From Candidatus Falkowbacteria bacterium (GTDB taxonomy: Bacteria; Patescibacteriota; Patescibacteriia; Patescibacteriales; UBA12465), in the NCBI GenBank assembly GCA_037132255.1, contig JBAXPN010000005.1, positions 1-54,914 of the forward strand: a stretch of 54,914 nt of DNA, in the 5' to 3' direction. Shown here one piece after another: positions 54,801 through 54,914 of the stretch. Made by a program: the position numbers and the translations under genes. The stretch's first letter is position 1. Each line of letters starts with the position of its first letter. The notes under the pieces are model-generated. The model had not been told where the DNA came from and did no database searches. It saw nothing but the letters and a program-made list of their open reading frames with translations.

Positions 54801-54914
54801 AGGACGTATATTTTATAAAATATTTATTTAAAAGTAGAGAAAAAATAAAAGGGACGAATATTTCTTTAACAAAAAAATCCCAATCCCAAATTGGCTTGAG
54901 TTCAAGTTTATTTA

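Noticed and set aside
54871-54894. Weak hairpin (CCAAT-5 nt-ATTGG) plus T7 on the minus strand upstream of rpoB, considered as the terminator or attenuator of the preceding (off-window) gene.
   Set aside because: The stem is only 5 bp and AT-rich, which is too weak to call without folding energies.
1-54914. Prophage, ICE or transposon borders, integrases, toxin-antitoxin or known defence systems.
   Set aside because: No integrase, transposase, capsid or terminase gene, restriction-modification gene or cas-like ORF was recognised. The only tRNA-adjacent repeat is the 5'-end duplication described above.

Overview
This is an AT-rich, very gene-dense window with many 1-40 nt junctions or overlaps. 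It looks like a small-genome Candidate Phyla Radiation / Patescibacteria-type bacterium, which is an inference from gene content and style. The standard code applies: TGA ends porA and no housekeeping ORF needs recoding. The housekeeping backbone is tRNA-Ser(GCU), tRNA-Arg(GCG), recG, radA, rsmA, leuS, xth, a DsbA-like oxidoreductase, a four-subunit pyruvate/2-oxoacid:ferredoxin oxidoreductase, RNase HI-like, recJ, lepA, murJ, a GT-C/TPR plus GT2 glycosyltransferase pair, ADP-forming acetyl-CoA synthetase, and rpoB-rpoC. Three things stand out. (1) A chromosomal, Gram-positive-style minimal type IV secretion-like operon spans about 5270-15262 on the minus strand. It has VirB4, PrgI/VirB3-like and VirB6/TcpH-like proteins plus several unrecognisable ORFs, but no coupling protein, relaxase or integrase in the window. 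(2) Directly upstream, separated by a terminator and promoter, is a three-gene unit. It encodes a thrombospondin-type-3-repeat membrane protein, a 2743-aa cysteine-rich secreted giant protein with a recurring C-x6-C loop motif and CBM-like modules, and a lipoprotein. (3) Two paralogous proteins carry a T4SS-pilin-like two-helix module and are inserted into the por operon, one between porA and porB and one after porB. One has a Cys-rich ectodomain and the other a peptidase-M15 (VanY-like) cell-wall hydrolase domain. Smaller observations: a perfect 71-bp duplication of the tRNA-Ser 5' end plus upstream region, a free-standing double-motif LAGLIDADG endonuclease gene overlapping the lepA start, and three short membrane ORFs below the ORF-track cutoff. 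No CRISPR array, rRNA, transposase or integrase was seen.
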